64,000 nt of DNA from the NCBI GenBank assembly GCA_002269645.1, contig NIVC01000673.1, forward strand, positions 62,001 to 126,000, read 5' to 3'. The stretch's first letter is position 1; each line of letters opens with the position of its first letter. The notes below the pieces were generated by a model, which was given only the letters and a program-made list of their open reading frames with translations, had not been told where the DNA came from and made no database searches. Made by a program: the position numbers and the translations under genes. Source of the stretch: Macrostomum lignano. Taxonomy: Eukaryota. Shown here in pieces: positions 40,639 through 64,000 of this stretch.

Positions 40639-42641
40639 GCCTAAGTCTAAGAAGCTTTCAAATCTAGAATTGTTGCTATATATTGTGTCCTCTCTTTTTA
40701 AAACCATTTTACTTAGACGGCTAGGCCTAGTAACTTGCATGTCACTAACTATATTTGGGGTATGCAATTAAAAAATTGACCAAGTCCCTTCTAATAAGCC
40801 TATAATTTATGGATAGGCCTAGCATTTATCATTTTTGAGGAGCCCAATATCCCAATAGCTTTTTAACAAATGAAAAGACTAGGGCCTATTAGATAGCTCT
40901 TTATCTCACTCTATATTTTTATTCCAATTTCTTAGCAAATAAATGATTTTAAAAGAGAAAACTTTTTGTCTACTTAGCAGATGAACTGTAAACAGAAGAA
41001 ATGACTATAACCCCCCTTTCCTTGGTTGTGCTACTATTTGAATTCTAATTTGTAATTTAGATCAAAATCCCAAATATAGGGGCCTAGACATCAACTCAAC
41101 ATAGTAGGACTACCAAAAGTCCAAAATGCTAGGTAACAAAGAGCATATATACCAAAAAAGTGTGGATATCTTTAGTATTTGAAGGCTGAATACAATTGTC
41201 TAAATGACAAGTCCTAAAAATCATCAAGCTAAAAACAAACAAAAAAGGCATGAAATATTAATAATTTAGATATTGATTGGTGTCGGTGGCATTGGCCTAG
41301 TTTGCAGCCAATCCACTAGACTCCAGATCTAATAATATCTGTAACTTATCAGAAAGAGCAGCTTATTTCAACCACTAATGCATCAAATATTGATAAAATC
41401 ACATACATAAGTCTAAGAATTTATTTAGGCGGTTAGGCCTAAATGTAATCTAGTATTATACCTATCAGCATTACGATTATGTTGCTGTCGTAGTGTCGTG
41501 TAGAGTCTGTAGACCTAGGACAGTACACCGCCCCTTGACGATTGGGTCTACACCAGAAGAAAAGTGGCAAGCAGATTGGATAAGCCTAGACATAGCATAC
41601 AGCCTAGCCTCATTTCATGACAAAATATAGGCAACTGTTCAAAATTTCTCTTCGTACCGTTTTGGAATTTTTATTACTTTGCTTTTACGGGGTTATTGAC
41701 GGCGTTAGGCTTCGGTAACCTCTAACCTATAATTCTAAAATATCTTAATTCAAGAATTATTCAGTTAAATATTTTTTGCACTTTGAACTTTGCATAATGA
41801 ATTATATTCAGTTGTAACGTCTTTTGCAGTTGTTTTTGTTAAAACTTTTCTCGCCTTACGCATTTTTAACCAAAATTTTCACAGGAATAACATGATCTAA
41901 AACTAAAACACTGACTACGGAATAAGGAATACGAAGGATGAAGTCATGATCGTGCTCGGTCGGCTAGGCCTAAGTCACGTTAAACTACGGAAATATTGTA
42001 TTCAAAATTTTAAGCAGTGAACTTGTTCAAAAGTAGACTATTTCTGGAAAATAAATAATTTATGGTAATAATAGGTCTTGCTTGCTATGCTAAGTGTGCT
42101 GTTGACTATTTATTAATTAGTGTCAACTGTCGTGTCAGTCAATCATTATCATTGATATTCATTGTGTCATGGATTGATGACTATATTACTTGAAATTTAA
42201 ATACCTGTTACAAATTCACAATTGCTAACCTCATCATTTTTTCATATTCTTATATGTGGTTGGCTTAAAGTCAAGGCCAAATATTAATGTTTTGTATTAT
42301 TTATTTGGGACTGGCCTGGGCCTACTTATTATTTTATTTTGAATAAAATATACAGATTCTAAGCCTATTAAGTTATTTAAAAGTAAATTAAATGTGTCTA
42401 CTCTAAAGATTATTTTGCAATGTTATTTTTAGGCCTAGTATTAGGGCCTAGCTTAGAAAAAATTTATTTATTATATTTTTATTTTATATATTATATATAA
42501 TTTTAGTCTGGTTTTAATTTTTATATACTACAATAATTTTAAATCAATAGATTCACTAGGCTTATTAGGATTATTAAGTAAAGCTTTAAGTTTTGTCATA
42601 AAAAGCAAGAATTCAATCTATTGCAAAAATATAAAGGTCTA

Positions 42642-43233
42642 GGGTCATTTTGTCTTCCGCCTTTTCGTCTGCCAAAGAATTTTAGCAGACGAAACGACTT
42701 TTTTATTTATGTTTATTTTGGTTCACTTATTTAGTATTTTTATGTAGGGAATTAAAATAAATTAGTATAAGCAAGTTTTAAGTATGTTTTCTTATTTATA
42801 TTGATACATTTTGTTTTTCTTCATTTTCTACGAAACCTAACTAACCTATATAATACTTTTGACGCATTGATGCGTGTGTGCCTACAATTTCGATTGCTCC
42901 TTACATTTTACACTTTGTGCATTTAAGCTAGTTGTATTCGTAAATAAATTGCATATGAGTTTACATACACGAAAAAAAGAAAGTTGGAAGGAAACTAAAC
43001 GGTTGGAGATATTTGCTTCTGGCTTTGTGTATTTATATGCAACAATTAGCTCCGGAACTTTCAGAAAAATCCTAGCATTATAATAAATTACAATTAATAA
43101 GACATTTATATTACACTTCCATGCGAAGCTTGATGACATAATTAGTTATTCCGATTTATATATTATATATATTGGCAGACGAAACGACTTTATCGTATAT
43201 TGGCAGACAAAAAGGCGGCAGACGAAATGACCG
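42642..43233. mobile_element. Putative MITE with about 33-bp TIR
   Basis: GGGTCATTTTGTCTTCCGCCTTTTCGTCTGCCA versus TGGCAGACAAAAAGGCGGCAGACGAAATGACCG; internal GCAGACGAAACGAC repeats; no TSD seen. Confidence 0.7.
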
Positions 43234-44335
43234 TCAACCAATATAAATTATACTATGGGGCTTTTTTATTAAAATTCTTTGTATATTCTATTTATTTGAA
43301 ATCTCATTCAGATATATTATTCCTTAGTATTTATAGGCTAAATATAAACTATTTATACTTGTTTTGTTTTAGACTATGTATATTTATATTGTGTTATATA
43401 TGCAAGTGTTGCAAGTGTATAGGCTTATAGCTATGTTATTTTCAACCTAGTCTTAGTATAATATTGTATTACAACTCTATTGGCTTTTATAATTGTTGTA
43501 TAGGCCTACTATTGCACTTTGCAATACTAGGCATACTTATATAATTTTTGAATCATACTCAAAGTATGCAAGTGAAAAAACCTAGTTTCAAAAGTATGGC
43601 ATAGGCCTATAGCATAGTCAAATAAATTGCTATTTAGCTTAGCTAAATCTTATTTAAAAGTATAAACAAAATGATTTCTATAAATGAAAATAAGTTTAAT
43701 TGAATAAGTCCACATTTAATCTGTTTATTAGCCATGTATAGCTTGTATTAATATGATTTGAATAGTTCTAATATAGGTATAAACTTGTTTGTATTGTATG
43801 CAAATGGCTATTATACTTTTAAATACTCGTATTTTAACATTCTAAATATATATTTATATAATTGAGGAAGTGTGGCTCGGCCAAATAATAGGAAAATAAG
43901 CGTCAACAAAAACATAAAATAAAATTTTTCTTTTTAGCCAATGTGTTTTGTCAAACACAAGACATTGTCAAGGCAAATTCAACTAACCTTAATTTTCAGC
44001 ACCAATATATTTAAGCAAAACAAACTGTATAGTCCAAAGGCGGGTCAAAACAGTCCGGTAGAATTTCGAAAGTGCTAAGTAAATAACAAAGGAAGAGAGA
44101 GAGAAAAATAGGCATGGCTCTGCTCACAGTACTCTTAGCTCATGCTCTACCCCATTGCCAGCAAGCTGTACATTTAAGTTGGGTTTCTGCATTCTGATAT
44201 AAGAAGCTTCAATAATCTTAAGCTTATGGTCAAATTTGCATCCATCCATTATATAATTGAATGCATGATAAACTTTGCCCATAAGGCTTCTATACTTGGA
44301 GTCTTACAAAGCAGAATTGAAGCCAGACTGCAGCA

Positions 44336-63341
<19,006 letters not shown>

Positions 63342-63389
63342 GTACGTTTAGGGATAAACTGCTTGTGATCATCTGTGAGACTGAATGTC

Positions 63390-63815
63390 ATGATTGAGAT
63401 ACCGGTGATCGGAATTGAGATACCGGTGATCTGGATTGAGATACCGGTGATCGCAATTAAGATACCGGTAATCTGGATTGAAATACCGGTGATAGGGATT
63501 GAGATACCGGTGATCGGAATTGAGATACCGGTGATATGGATTGAGATACCGGTGATCGCAATTAAGATACCGGTAATCTGGATTGAAATACCGGTGATAG
63601 GGATTGAGATACCGGTGATCGGAATTAAGATACCGGTAATCTGGATTGAAATACCGGTGATAGGGATTGAGATACCGGTGATCGCAATTAAGATACCGGT
63701 AATCTGGATTGAAATACCGGTGATAGGGATTGAGATACCGGTGATCGGAATTAAGATACCGGTAATCTGGATTGAAATACCGGTGATAGGGATTGAGATA
63801 CCGGTGATCGCAATT
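63390..63815 (+). repeat. 21-bp intronic minisatellite ATTGAGATACCGGTGATCGGA
   Basis: After MEGF8 exon 13; the IEIPVIG ORF is an artefact. Confidence 0.95.
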
Positions 63816-64000
63816 CGAAGCGTCCCGGAGTCACTTATTTTTCAATGTTATCGTTTAAAAAATAGAGTGCAAAGAGTGGCGAGAGCGCAAAGACTGCGCG
63901 GCGGCATAAATAGGCAGGCCTCCCCCCTCACAGTTTAAACCCCAGTACTCCGCCCCGCGTACATGTACATTGGCAAGCCGCTGAACGCGGCAGAGTAATG

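Noticed and set aside
38200-44300. AT-rich 6-kb region between divergent PRPF4B and MEGF8 as hiding a gene or RNA
   Set aside because: Only short low-complexity ORFs, TA-rich tracts and two MITEs; no supportable feature.

Overview
Animal (invertebrate) nuclear DNA with spliced genes, GC-rich exons, AT-rich intergenic DNA and introns filled with gene-specific minisatellites. This architecture is most like a free-living flatworm such as Macrostomum (inference, not verified). Genes modelled by reading splice sites by hand: a WSC-domain gene (-, partial); TSEN34, MBD2/3, a DUSP12-like phosphatase, a CK1-like pseudokinase, an orphan gene and an innexin (all +); PRPF4B/PRP4 kinase (-); and the first 13 exons of MEGF8 (+, runs off the window). 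Mobile DNA: a LINE RT fragment, a BEL/Pao integrase fragment, four tRNA-derived SINE copies, and several non-autonomous TIR elements with 8-bp target duplications. Most long ORFs in the supplied track are translations of tandem repeats. The best leads are: (i) many intronic minisatellite units carry branch-point motifs, often followed by a pyrimidine tract and YAG, on the transcribed strand; (ii) one 28-bp minisatellite occurs in inverted orientation in the two introns flanking MEGF8 exons 9-10; (iii) a SINE core hairpin shows compensatory changes; (iv) MBD2/3 has lost an arginine finger; (v) a CK1-fold protein lacks HRD/DFG; (vi) TSEN34-MBD2/3 spacing looks operon-like. All coordinates and alignments are by eye; no searches were run.
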